Assembly: GCF_001194135.2 (NCBI RefSeq)
Contig: NC_068988.1
Location: 71,566,011 to 71,630,010 of the forward strand
DNA from: Octopus bimaculoides
Taxonomy: Eukaryota
Length of the DNA: 64,000 nt
Direction: 5' to 3'
A model generated the notes under the pieces. That model did not search any database and was not told where the DNA came from. It saw nothing but the letters and a program-made list of their open reading frames with translations. Made by a program: the position numbers and the translations under genes. Below are positions 63,656 through 64,000 of this stretch, piece by piece; position 1 is the stretch's first letter; the number at the start of each line of letters is the position of its first letter.

Positions 63656-64000
63656 AAAAAATGCTTTCTAATTGATGTATCAATACCAGCAGATGACAAC
63701 GTCTCTCTAAAAGAAATGGAAAAACTTTCAAAATACAAAGACCTGGAAATAGAGATAACTCGAATGTGGAATCTAAAAACAGAAACAATTCCTATCATAG
63801 TAGGTGCCTTAGGTATAATAAAAAAATATTCAGACAAATACATAACAAAAGCAACAGGACGTACAAATATATATAACATACAGAAAATTGCACTACTGGG
63901 TACTGCACACATTCTACGCAAAACACTTTCAATACAGTAAACATAAGAGCACCACAGCAAACCACAGCACATACCCAAGGCGCATAGAGCTGCGCTCGGT
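63650..64000 (+). mobile_element. short Dong-like REL-endonuclease tail fragment (copy 2) with start of 3' UTR
   Basis: KKCFLIDVSIPADDNVSLKEMEKLSKYKDLEIEITRMWNLKTETIPIIVGALG..LLGTAHILRKTLSIQ*; runs off the window end. Confidence 0.92.

Overview
AT-rich, microsatellite-dense eukaryotic DNA with 8 assembly gaps, composed almost entirely of transposable-element relics. The SINE repertoire, (CA)n/(AT)n/(TACA)n/(GATA)n/(AAT)n density and LINE mix resemble an Octopus-type cephalopod scaffold (inference from memory, no search run). I found no supportable host exon, no intact rRNA or tRNA gene and no CRISPR array; nearly all ORFs in the track are microsatellite, N-gap or off-frame TE artefacts. Elements present: several R4/Dong-like LINEs with restriction-like endonuclease (REL), CR1, L1/Tx1 and RTE LINEs, at least three Penelope-like (PLE) families, a two-LTR internally deleted Ty3/Gypsy element, mariner, maT and Chapaev3-like DNA transposons, a non-autonomous Helitron, tRNA-derived SINEs, and two tRNA pseudogenes (Asp-derived, Phe). 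Best second-look items: (1) a 620-bp PLE insertion nested in the Gypsy element with an exact 12-bp TSD and an apparently intact minimal type-I hammerhead ribozyme; (2) an 85-bp non-coding mini-insertion of the same family, also with an exact 12-bp TSD; (3) a decayed hammerhead rebuilt from two pLTR copies of another PLE; (4) two Dong-tail copies 58 kb apart sharing a 5' breakpoint at (AAT)n/(AAG)n tracts; (5) a GC-rich, nearly open Neptune-type PLE; (6) a 129-bp foldback hairpin. I did not find a convincingly new system; the PLE hammerhead/mini-element family is the closest.
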